Shown here piece after piece: positions 40,801 to 49,540 of a DNA stretch of 64,000 nucleotides. The stretch's first letter is position 1. Each line of letters starts with the position of its first letter. Below the pieces are notes generated by a model that did not search any database, had not been told where the DNA came from, and saw nothing but the letters and a program-made list of their open reading frames with translations. This stretch comes from Synechococcus sp. Lineage in GTDB: Bacteria > Cyanobacteriota > Cyanobacteriia > PCC-6307 > Cyanobiaceae. The stretch spans positions 288,136 through 352,135 of the forward strand of contig JBJBDC010000001.1 in the NCBI GenBank assembly GCA_047285535.1. Reading direction: 5' to 3'. Position numbers and translations under genes: made by a program.

Positions 40801-41144
40801 CACCAGAGCTTCAGGCTTTGAGCCGTGGGATGGTCGAGAAGATCTGGGAGCACCTTCAAGACAGGCCAAACCAGTCGTTCCGCTCGCCAAGGATCTTCAG
40901 TGGTTGGATCCAGATCCAAGATGCATCGCACCAGCTGCCGTAAGCGCGATCCTGGAAAGGGAAAACGAACAAGAGCGTTGACGCCGTTGGCTTGAGCGAG
41001 CTGCTCTCCCAGCCATCGGCTGGTGGGCCAGGTGTTGACGACAATCTCCAGCTCTTCAAATGGACCTGGGGGATCAAGCGTCAGCGTTTGAGCCAGAAGC
41101 GTTGCAAGAAATTCTGTGCGATTGCTTCGATAGACCGTTAGCAA
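37848..41144 (-). CDS. recC: Exodeoxyribonuclease V gamma subunit (TTG start at 41144)
   Basis: (M)LTVYRSNRTEFLA N-terminus, WREVQLVRDQI, PRDVLVMTPDVERYAPL, LEPMRAIP and DRYVLLEALMSAR. Confidence 0.94.
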   Translation of the reverse strand: MLTVYRSNRTEFLATLLAQTLTLDPPGPFEELEIVVNTWPTSRWLGEQLAQANGVNALVRFPFPGSRLRQLVRCILDLDPTTEDPWRAERLVWPVLKVLPDLLDHPTAQSLKLWWEQHASSSDRLNRDHWQLARCLADAVDDYALYRPQELSQWIEGHEDADLPAHLRWQPQLVRALAEILPCDPFGLQVKKAIQHLREGDSPKAALPARLRLFGISNLAPVQVELLQGLSGLMTIELYLLTPCPDLWQRSEQRRQTLGQAWNTPPDGPWLLESPRLEAILGRMGAEFQLLLEGNGDCFLGQWDQGDLFAAPIQIAASEQRPATLLEQVQQQLVDGSAPSLTPVDQDNSLRFLACAGPWREVQLVRDQILQWLASDPSLEPRDVLVMTPDVERYAPLLSSVFGDHDATGVSIPWRLTDRSQQSSPGLSQGFMALLKLASERFTASGLEALLANPALQVLQGITAAEAVRITQCLQQTGFRWGVDGKERGGDDTHSLRWCLDRWLLGLVLPAEPGLAPGGCAPFQGGLTIQQLEQWWPLLDGLAQWIIRLRQAHSPSAWTTQLNLLLQHLYGDGGDWAWEQQAIVEALDTMQQQASECTLDLDLSVVVSILDEALSADSGRFGHRSGALTISALEPMRAIPHRLIVLMGLDSQSFPRQQERPGFHLLEQQRRLGDPSSTDQDRYVLLEALMSARQHLVISWNARDESKGEELPPSPPVQQWLTLLNEQLSPEQFERVVLEQPANPLDARNFLVNRAGSAFSSDRHHLEARLNLDSRDPDPLSNNSLGLAHPLSWSPVATSDCLDSDAVSRWLEAPQRYWLKARGLETREWSTPVEDLSALDLEERERQSLLHQSFLDQLDRLATDSSLIWDHALPGEWSTQLRGQGMLPPGAAGQLAANRLEQRWQNLQQTLLRLGPLHCDWIRSETESRSVLRAGTTTVLVSAGRLQSRTALGGWFTHLLQQAAGVSTPTAVISRCESSSKADHFQLALHWQPLDADTAKELLLSLHTLATAGAESCWPVPPASGLARALMLHKGLDKANRAFESRWDGGFAGMGERARAEMQLCFGDHFEADNFLTAACFEEAFQALYAPMLEAQRP

Positions 41145-41797
41145 GGCTCTGCCTGAGTCAATGGGGCTGTCAGCGTGGGCGGAACAGTGGTTCCATCCTG
41201 AAGCCCCTCGACTTGCACAATGGCTTCTGTCTCGGGGCAGTAGGCCGAGAGTTTTCCTCCATACACCGCACCGGTATCCACCATCACTATCTGCCCGTGA
41301 CGCTCCACATCGGGACGGGGCGTATGACCAATCACCACAAGTCCATGACTCCCGTCGTAATTCTCCCAAAAGGGCTCACGGATGGTCAGGTCAGGACAAC
41401 CGTTGCGATCAAATCCAGCGTGGGTTGCGACCCAACCTCGTCCCCAAAAAATTTTTGGTAGGTGTTTGAGGCGTCTCATCCATTGGAGAGAAGATCTTTT
41501 GCCGAGTTGGCGACAACAATCGCTGTTGAGCAATTGGTTGTGACCGTTGTGATCAGGCTTACTTAGGGTGTTGATGAATGCTTGTTCATGATTGCCGCAT
41601 AACCAAGTTGCAGCTCCACTCTTGACCAGACCCCAAACCAACCGCATCGCCGAGGCACTATCAGGACCTTTATTGATGACATCACCGCAGAACACGAGGT
41701 GATCATCTCTGGGTAAAACTCCGAGTAGCTTTTGGAGAGGGCAAAGGCATCCGTGCACATCGCCAATCACCCAGCATTGACCTTTGAGTGATTCCAT
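41138..41797 (-). CDS. Metallophosphoesterase (PPP / ApaH-PrpE-like)
   Basis: GDVHG, GDVINKG, GNHE, HAG, GHT and DTG motifs; overlaps the recC start. Confidence 0.92.
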   Translation of the reverse strand: MESLKGQCWVIGDVHGCLCPLQKLLGVLPRDDHLVFCGDVINKGPDSASAMRLVWGLVKSGAATWLCGNHEQAFINTLSKPDHNGHNQLLNSDCCRQLGKRSSLQWMRRLKHLPKIFWGRGWVATHAGFDRNGCPDLTIREPFWENYDGSHGLVVIGHTPRPDVERHGQIVMVDTGAVYGGKLSAYCPETEAIVQVEGLQDGTTVPPTLTAPLTQAEPC

Positions 41798-41891
41798 TGC
41801 CTACCGAAGACGGCTTCACCACCTTAATTCCTTTTACTTGGATGAATGTGATGCGTTGAATGCTTACTCTGATAGTCGCTGTGACCTGATT

Positions 41892-42137
41892 TTGGACCCA
41901 CGATCTTTGCCTGTAGCGCGTCGTGTAGAGCTTTTGGTGAATGCTCTTGATGGTGCAAAACGCACCAATGAGGCTCTTGCTGCTTGCTCCAATGGTGAAG
42001 AGATGCTGGATGTGCTCTTGGGGGCCTCTCAGAAATTGAGGCTTGGGCTAACGCGCGAACAGCTCCGAAATACACCACCAATTCGAGATTGGGTTTGGTG
42101 GAAAAACAAGGAAGCAATCGTAACCATAGGAGGTTAG
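41892..42137 (+). CDS. Conserved hypothetical protein (~81 aa; start uncertain)
   Basis: Amphipathic helical ORF ending PPIRDWVWWKNKEAIVTIGG; resembles a picocyanobacterial family as I recall it, not searched. Confidence 0.65.
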   Translation: MDPRSLPVARRVELLVNALDGAKRTNEALAACSNGEEMLDVLLGASQKLRLGLTREQLRNTPPIRDWVWWKNKEAIVTIGG

Positions 42138-42657
42138 GCTCTGGCACACTACTGGGATAAAAAACAAAAATCACCTGGTCATGATTGGGGTTAATTCAAT
42201 CGCTCTGCTAATAGATTCTGTTAGTATTTAAGAATGTTGTGGATTTTGTTTGATGCCTTCGGCGTGAAGATCTTGAAGTCTATCTATTGAGGTGTATGTA
42301 TTCAAGCTGTGGTTTTTTGATGCGAAGAGAATGAGCGCTAGTGGTTGAGGTTAGGTGATGATTGTAAAATTGGATGGATATTAAGAATGCAAGTTTGGAT
42401 CTGATTGAATCCTTCTCTGTCACGCTGGCCTGTCATCTTTGGTCTTCGCTTTATGGCTGCTCAGGTTTGTCCTGCAAACAGTCAGAATGGCTTAACGATG
42501 CCAAGGCCTTGTTAGTTTCTCGATGGATTGATTTTACTGGCCAGGGCTCATACTGCATCAAGGCATGCAGACTCATCGTTCAGAGCCTTGCATCAGAAAT
42601 TCCTGCAGTGTGTTGTCAGAACATTGTGTGAGGATGGGTTCAGTTGGATTTTCATCA

Positions 42658-42927
42658 ATGTCTCAAGCTCGCGAGATGATCAACGCACACCTGTTTCCTG
42701 TGCTGGCGGTTGTTGCAACGGTTAGCGCAGTCTCTGTAGCCGTTTCACTTCGACCAATGGCAAAACATTCAGCGCGTTGGAACACTTGCTATAGCGATAG
42801 TATTGCTTGGTATCAGAAAAACAAACCTGACTGGACCATTCAAGACAAGGAAGTCTTCGCTTCCAATTTCTGCAATGGAGGCACTCCCGTTAAACCTGGG
42901 CCAGGTTTTCAACCTGCTTTTAAATAA
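42658..42927 (+). CDS. Small membrane-anchored protein with WNTC...NFCNGG
   Basis: One N-terminal TM segment and two Cys; pattern recalled from marine Synechococcus small-protein families. Confidence 0.7.
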   Translation: MSQAREMINAHLFPVLAVVATVSAVSVAVSLRPMAKHSARWNTCYSDSIAWYQKNKPDWTIQDKEVFASNFCNGGTPVKPGPGFQPAFK

Positions 42928-43294
42928 GTTAGCATCATTTTGACGCGATATTGAAGAAGTTGTGATGACGCCTTATGCAGAATCTCCTGAACTGAATCAC
43001 TGCATTATTTCTTGTCATCCATGAAGCGCAACTGCAACTCAATTTCATGGATTGTGGACCAAGATCATACAGTTGACTTTTTGCTAAAAATCAAAACAGG
43101 CACTGCTTTTTGATTCTCTCACGAATCTCAAGAGTAAGGCGTTATTGGCTTTTGTAAAATGTAGAATCACGTTGGCTAAATCAATATTTTTTTGCTTGAT
43201 TCTCGTTAGTGGTATCGCTTCACACTCCGTTGACTTCCGCAACTGTCGTTTTAATGGCAATATGCGAACTCTACTAAAACCTCAATCCTGAGTT

Positions 43295-43954
43295 ATGCGT
43301 GCTTACACTCAAGTCTTTCAATCTTTAGTCTTTCTAAGTCCATGGTTATCAGTGATGCTTCTTTCTGCACCCGCTCTAGCTGATAGTCCAAAGCTGTATA
43401 TCACTGGTTCAGCTGGATTCAATAATCCAAGTACGCGAATTAATACAGGTGAGATAGGTACTTTTGAAGAATACACAAACCCAGGTGTATCAGGCGAGTT
43501 AGGGTTGGGAGTGGACTTTGAAGGTTTAAGAGTCGAAGCCACTTATACCCTTGATGCAAGTCAATTAAAAGGATATACTAATGTTAGTGGTATCGATTTT
43601 GATTATAATTCGGGAGGAGAAGTCCGCAAGCAATCAGCCTTCCTGACTGGATATTGGGATTTCTTTAGACAGAAGAATTGGACGCCATATCTTGGTGCAG
43701 GTTTTGGTTACTCAAACCTGGATGTACGCGACTTTTCAGACCCTGGTCTTTCCTACAGAGGCTTCAATCGCTCGCTCTGGGGTTATCAATTAAAAGCTGG
43801 AGTTTCAGTTGATATAACAAATCGTTCAATTCTTTTTGCAGAAGCTGTATATCGAGGAACGTCTGGCTTTAGGACAAATGATGGATTTGACGATTGGAAT
43901 AATGCTTCCTGGAGTAGCTGGGGTAGCCAATTGGGAGTGCGAATTTCTCTTTAA
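43295..43954 (+). CDS. Outer membrane beta-barrel protein (OmpA/Opa-like, about 8 strands)
   Basis: Signal peptide ending PALA, then LRVEATY, WTPYLGAGFG, YQLKAGV and a terminal strand QLGVRISL. Confidence 0.85.
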   Translation: MRAYTQVFQSLVFLSPWLSVMLLSAPALADSPKLYITGSAGFNNPSTRINTGEIGTFEEYTNPGVSGELGLGVDFEGLRVEATYTLDASQLKGYTNVSGIDFDYNSGGEVRKQSAFLTGYWDFFRQKNWTPYLGAGFGYSNLDVRDFSDPGLSYRGFNRSLWGYQLKAGVSVDITNRSILFAEAVYRGTSGFRTNDGFDDWNNASWSSWGSQLGVRISL

Positions 43955-45555
43955 TGCTTACTTTCGTTGGCTGATTGATCAACATCTAAATATTCTACAC
44001 AAGATTTATTCCTGTGATGATAAATTGGCTTTTAAAAGTGCCTATGCCTAGATCTCAAGAGTTGCGTCCAACCAATTGCTCACAGTTTGTTGAATTTGTA
44101 GATCCATCTTCAAGTCCTTGCGTGTTGAATCAGGAAATTTAATTTGATCATTATCTCAAGCATTTTCCCATGAATAATTTAGCTTGGCAAAGTATTTTTA
44201 TGCTTTATTATTGCTGCAATACGGTATTAAGTCGAAGATAAGCGCTGGAATTATAGATTTCTATTGTTGACTTCGTCTGTCATCGGCTTAGATTTTCTTT
44301 GAAGTCGTCAACGATAATGAGATCACTTTCACCAGCAATGAAGCTGCATCTTGAACAGCCGAACAGCTTGGTTGCGTTTGCTCATCAATCTGGCAAGGAG
44401 TTATACCCCAATTGTGGAGGGTAATGATGGAGTGAACGCCTTCTATTCTGTACAACATAGGTCAAGTTATTGTTGTTTCAATGTAGAGAATTCCTGAAAT
44501 CAATGGCTCTCTTCTAGCAATTTTCGGTAGTTTGGATCCACACGTTGCAAAAGCACGTCAGAAAATAGTGAGCACCTTACTACGTTCTCTTCTCTTAATC
44601 ATGGGATTATTCTTTTAGAAGTTAACCATACTTTTATGTGCGACGATGCTGATCGATGGCATCTCAATGGATGAGTTATGGCGTGCAATCACTTCGATTT
44701 TTTATTACAGAAACGAGTTGATTACACTTTTGAGTGCTCTCTTCTTAATCTGTTATGAGATTTATGTTGATGGTATTAAGATCTGGTTTTATTTTATAGG
44801 TCCTAGATCACTGTTTGGCTTCTCCCACTTTCATGTTCTTTCCATTAAATGGATTTTAGAATGTCATTTGCACTTATTGATTTTCAGATGGTTTTTCGAT
44901 TGTTCAATACTTGACTCACGCTTATAAATCCTATTGATTCATTGTACTTGTCGAGATCTTTTTCTTCTGCTCTACTTTGCTGCTTGATTGGCGTTTGGTT
45001 TTTCATTGTAGAGAATTATATTATCATTCATCAACGTCTTACGATGATGAAGTCCCCGATGAGTCGTGGAGCTTTTACTTAAAAAGATCTATCGTTTGTT
45101 ATTTCCTCATTGTGATTGACAGCTAGGGCTAGATAGATGTCCTGGCTGTGTCGATCTGCTAGCTCTTGCCTCATTCATCTCCACTTTGAGGGCCTCTGCA
45201 CTCCTTTGTTGCCTCTATCTTTGTTGATCTTTATCTGTAATCATCTTATTCATCCAATGTGTTCTTCATTGATGATACTTCTTTACGAGTCAACAGGCTT
45301 TATTTGTTTGAATTTTTCAGGTTCCTCGTAAAAACATAACTTATTTTGGATTGATTTAGTTCACTTGATTCTATTTGTACTTATGGGATGTGAGAATTAT
45401 CCTTTTTAGGTTTGTTGTGATATTCTGATGCGTTTTCCTTTGGCTTGTTGCTTACATTGTGCTTGTTTGTTCGACTTGCTTATTGGTTCTAGGCATCTTT
45501 ATGAGTAGAATATTTTGAAGAACTCATGTCTTGCTTCCCAAGGTTTGTTTAGAAT

Positions 45556-45729
45556 CTAACGTTTGCTCTTGTGGTCTCCGTGTGCATGTTTCGACGATAG
45601 ATGTAGAAGATTTGAGGCTTTTGATTCCTCCTCGACTTTTGTCAGTTTTGCTACCAAAGCCCATGTGTCCTGTGGGGATAGTTCCCCTTCTTGATTCCAC
45701 TTTAGGCTTGAGATGCTTGTGTTTGACAT
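45556..45729 (-). CDS. 57-aa hypothetical protein (below the ORF-track cutoff)
   Basis: Manual translation MSNTSISSLKWNQEGELSPQDTWALVAKLTKVEEESKASNLLHLSSKHAHGDHKSKR. Confidence 0.6.
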   Translation of the reverse strand: MSNTSISSLKWNQEGELSPQDTWALVAKLTKVEEESKASNLLHLSSKHAHGDHKSKR

Positions 45730-46399
45730 GAATCCCTGAATAATTATTTAAAAAGATAAATGCAGAGATACGCTACCAAGAGCATTAATACAAGATTTTC
45801 ACTGAAGAAATTATTAAGCTCGTGTCTTTGGTTACACTTCTGCTGTGTTCATTTTTCTAGAGCACCAGAGGCCCTTGAGTCCTTGTCCCATCTAGTGGAA
45901 TTGCTTAGCAACGCTGTTCTCGCGAGTGCCCCATCTTTCGCCGGGGCTTTTCCACTCAATCTCTTTTAGATAGTGCCATGATTTATGGGTGTTGATCATG
46001 CCGCCTCGCGGGCCTTTCGTTTTCTCTGACCAGACAGGTTGGCCCTTTTTCTTCAATGTAAGGACTGTTGATTTGTTTTGTCACAAAGCAAAGTGTGGAT
46101 CCGCAACTGCGGTGTCATGGCTGATGGATGTGGCAGTTCGTCTTGTTAAAGGAATCCAGGGGACCATCAATAGTTTTAGATTTGCGATGTAGTAGATGGG
46201 GGTGTTCACTGAGTCAATGTTGATGGTTTAAGCCATGTCATTCATTCATTGGATGGATTCGATGCGTAAGGCATCTATTTCGCTTGATCAATCCCACGAT
46301 GCTGGAGTTGGTGTGATGCCAGCTCTCACGGAATGACACTCCAGAATTATTACAGATTTGATTCCCGCTTCTGGTCTGGGGCTTTGTTAAGGTTTCTAC

Positions 46400-46486
46400 A
46401 TGAATACTTTTGCGGTTGCTGGTACCCTCGTTCTTCTGAACGTGGCTCTTATTTCTTCTATCCTTACGGGTAAATTTCCGTCTTGA
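46400..46486 (+). CDS. Candidate 28-aa single-TM micro-protein
   Basis: MNTFAVAGTLVLLNVALISSILTGKFPS, with AAGG 7 nt upstream of the ATG. Confidence 0.4.
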   Translation: MNTFAVAGTLVLLNVALISSILTGKFPS

Positions 46487-46827
46487 TGCTTAATTGGACC
46501 TTTTTTATTCGCTGATCAGCTTTTCAAGCGTTTTTAGCTTTTGAATTTCGATTTAGGTAAGAGAAGTTAATCTGTTTCATTTGTCTTGTATTTTAGATAC
46601 ACTTTATCTAGCTTTTAATTGTTTATTCGTTTGCTCTGTCATGCTGGCTGGGGTTATTTTTATTGGTTTTAATTTTTCTGGCCTTGGATGAGTCGATTCG
46701 TTGCCCAGCTTTTGCTCGCGGCGAACTTCTTGGTCTGCCGATGTTATTTGCTTTAATGGCACATCGTATGTGATCTAATTAGTGTCGCGTTGGGAGGTTG
46801 TTATAGTGCTTGTGGAATTATTGTGCC

Positions 46828-46862
46828 ACGATCACTCGTTAAAACCTTTAACGAGTGATCGT
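46828..46862. repeat. Perfect 16-bp inverted repeat with a 3-nt loop
   Basis: ACGATCACTCGTTAAA-ACC-TTTAACGAGTGATCGT. Confidence 0.85.
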
Positions 46863-47160
46863 TCGTAGCTTTATTGCTTTGATGTTTTCCGCTGACTTCT
46901 TCCCATATGGTCTGAGTTCTTGTATCCCCAAGTTTGTATTATGTCAATGCCACTTGGTCTCTTAATTGAATTCAAGAGCTTCATCTCTAGATTGTCATGG
47001 CTGCTCACTTTAGGGTTTAAACATTTCTTGATTTCTCTATTCCTATGATTATTGACATTGTGGTCTGATCTTTCTGATGCAATTAGATAGGTCGATCCTG
47101 GTTTTTTCTTCACTTTCCGCGAGGAGTTTGACGTCCTGACTTAGGCTTTAGTGTGTTTTC

Positions 47161-48126
47161 TTAATCGTAAGGATAGCAATTGGGTACAAAATACTGTTCG
47201 TTAATTGGTGGCCTCCTGTAAGCATTATGTTCAGGTCTTGGTGGTAATTCAATGGCGGGTGGAGTCATATCTTCCCAAGGCACTTTGCTCAAGATATGCC
47301 TCAAGCAGTTAAGGCGCGCTCTTCTTTTATCATCCGCTTCTACCGTGAACCATTGTGCTTCAGGAATGTTAGTACTGGCAAACATTAGATCCTTCGCCTC
47401 TGAAAACTCAACCCAACGATTGCGTGCCTCTAGATCCATCGGACTGAGTTTCCAGCGACGAGTCGGGTCATCAATTCTTGATTGAAAACGTTCTTCCTGT
47501 TCCGTATCACTGACTGAAAACCAGTACTTTAATAACAACACTCCACTTCTCACGATCATCCTTTCAAATTGAGGGCAATCCTCAAGAAAGGCGTCTACTT
47601 CGTTTGGGGTGCAAAAGCCCATGACACGTTCCACTCCAGCGCGGTTATACCAACTGCGATCAAAAACTACAATTTCTCCTGCAGCTGGAAAGTGTTCCAC
47701 ATAGCGTTGAAAGTACCACTGAGTTTTCTGCCGATCCGATGGAGTACCTAAGGCCACAACTCGTGCACCCCTTGGATTTAAGGGCTCCGTTAAACGTTTA
47801 ATTGTTCCTCCCTTACCTGCTGCATCCCGCCCTTCAAACAGGATGATCATGCGGAATCCTTTTTCCTTGATCCAATATTGCATCTTGACCAGTTGAGACT
47901 GAAGTTTTTTCAGTTCTGATTCGTACAACTTTTTATTGAGACGTTGCCCGTTGTGGCTGTGACGCTCAAGCAGATCTCCAAGCAGTTCCGTTGGAGCCGC
48001 GATATCTCTCTCACTTCCATCAAGAGCTTCAATCACAGCGGCGGGTAGTGCCTCAACCGAATTCATTTGCTCCGCTTCTTTGTGCTTGTTTTTGTGTTTT
48101 GACTTTTTCGTTTCCTTATGGCCCAT
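47161..48126 (-). CDS. ppk2: Polyphosphate kinase 2 (single domain)
   Basis: EGRDAAGKGG, WYFQRY, FDRSWYNRAGVERVMGFC and RWKLSPMD. Confidence 0.96.
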   Translation of the reverse strand: MGHKETKKSKHKNKHKEAEQMNSVEALPAAVIEALDGSERDIAAPTELLGDLLERHSHNGQRLNKKLYESELKKLQSQLVKMQYWIKEKGFRMIILFEGRDAAGKGGTIKRLTEPLNPRGARVVALGTPSDRQKTQWYFQRYVEHFPAAGEIVVFDRSWYNRAGVERVMGFCTPNEVDAFLEDCPQFERMIVRSGVLLLKYWFSVSDTEQEERFQSRIDDPTRRWKLSPMDLEARNRWVEFSEAKDLMFASTNIPEAQWFTVEADDKRRARLNCLRHILSKVPWEDMTPPAIELPPRPEHNAYRRPPINEQYFVPNCYPYD

Positions 48127-48211
48127 GGGGATGCGATCAGTTCCATCTTATTTATGGCTACCAGCCTAATCAAACGGTCATTTCTCAGCGTTTCGCAATG
48201 TTGTTGACCAA

Positions 48212-49540
48212 TCATTTCACCGGCAAGTAAAGGCGAATCGCGAAGCGTCCTGCGGCTTCAGTTCCCTCTACTCCCTTCCCATAGCTGTAATTGAGATGAC
48301 CTCCGTGAAGACGCGCGACGTGCACAACAATTGCTAGTCCTAAACCACAGTGTCCCTGTCCTCCTCGAGATGCATCAAGGCGATGGAACGGTTGGAGAGC
48401 TTGCTCCCACTGTCGTTGGGGCATGCCTTCACCTTGATCCCAAACCTCAATACAGCATTGATCTTCTACACGTAGCAATCTCAAGACGACAGGTGCTTCT
48501 CCATAGGTAAATGCATTGTCAATCAAATTGGCCACAGCGCGACTAAGCGCTACAGGTTTAACGATGACCTCCATCGCTTCTAGGTTGAGCTGCAACTGAT
48601 TCGCTGGGTGACTACTCGCAACCTCTGCCAGAAGTTGATCTAAAGGAACCGGTACTGAGAGTTCTTCATCCCCCCCCCCTGCAAATAACAGAAATTGACC
48701 AGTAATACGCTCTAGAGACTGCAAATCACCTGCGCAACGATCACGTTCCTTTGCGCTCAGATGCGGTAAGGAAAGCCGAAATTTCAGACGTGTAATAGGA
48801 GCTCGTAGATCATGAGCAATACCAGCCAGCATCGTGGCTCTTTCGTTTCGATTGGCTGCCAACCGACGCACCATTGCATTAAATCGGTGGGTAAGACGTT
48901 GCACCTCTGGTGCACCATGAGCAGGAACCTCATCAGGATCAACACCATCCCCCACCCTTGACAAGGCTTTCTCTAATCCGCGGAGGGGAGCTTCGACCTC
49001 CACAAGTAGAAACAATCCGCCGCAGATCATTCCAGCGCCAACGAGCGATAAACCCAACAATGTGGGTTCAGGGGGCCAGCTCATGGGGGCCCGCACATTG
49101 ACGCGTAACCAAATTGGTTCCAGAGGTGAAATCAGTTCAATCCACACACCTCGATCGCCATCCTCCTTCTGTTCCGCCAAGACCATCGGACAGTGGGATA
49201 AACGCTCACACAGCTGCTTCTGAAGCGCTTCTATCTGGCGTTGGATGCTAGCCGTAGGCTCTTTCTCAATCGGTTTTGGTCGTAGGGCTACCGAGAGATC
49301 AAGTCCTGTGAGTTCAGTGACCAAATGGGGCGGATAGCGCTCCAGAGCCAACTCCGTCAGCCTCACATTGAGAGCTAAATCCCGGCCAAGTTGTACTGTC
49401 TGCAGCTGCTCTAGCTGTTGTCCAAACAGAACTTGCAAGACCAGTAAGCAAAATGCCCAACTCCCAAGAGCAAGGCCACTCCACCCCAAGAGGGCTTGAA
49501 GTCGAACCTGCCAAACTCTTGGGTTCATGCCTGGCCTCAA
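48212..49540 (-). CDS. EnvZ-like sensor histidine kinase (2 TM, HAMP, HisKA, HATPase)
   Basis: H box IAHDLRAPITRL, N box NLIDNAFTYG, DQGEG and GLGLAIV. Confidence 0.93.
   Translation of the reverse strand: MRPGMNPRVWQVRLQALLGWSGLALGSWAFCLLVLQVLFGQQLEQLQTVQLGRDLALNVRLTELALERYPPHLVTELTGLDLSVALRPKPIEKEPTASIQRQIEALQKQLCERLSHCPMVLAEQKEDGDRGVWIELISPLEPIWLRVNVRAPMSWPPEPTLLGLSLVGAGMICGGLFLLVEVEAPLRGLEKALSRVGDGVDPDEVPAHGAPEVQRLTHRFNAMVRRLAANRNERATMLAGIAHDLRAPITRLKFRLSLPHLSAKERDRCAGDLQSLERITGQFLLFAGGGDEELSVPVPLDQLLAEVASSHPANQLQLNLEAMEVIVKPVALSRAVANLIDNAFTYGEAPVVLRLLRVEDQCCIEVWDQGEGMPQRQWEQALQPFHRLDASRGGQGHCGLGLAIVVHVARLHGGHLNYSYGKGVEGTEAAGRFAIRLYLPVK

Noticed and set aside
41145..41369. 75-aa N-terminal extension of RecC in the ORF track
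   Set aside because: It lies inside the phosphoesterase gene; the RecC-like sequence begins at the TTG at 41144 (LTVYRSN).
42955..42975. GATGACGCCT, resembling the 3' end of a fluoride riboswitch
   Set aside because: There is no matching 5' GATG-pseudoknot strand and no crcB/eriC gene downstream.
43230..43260. CCGCAACTGT upstream of the beta-barrel gene (similar word near 46101), resembling part of a cobalamin riboswitch
   Set aside because: The GGGAA/T-loop elements and the B12 box are not present.
44135..45030. Fur/Zur-like words (GATAATGA, ATTATCA) in the AT-rich patch
   Set aside because: None forms a proper 7-1-7 palindrome, and such words are expected in AT-rich DNA.
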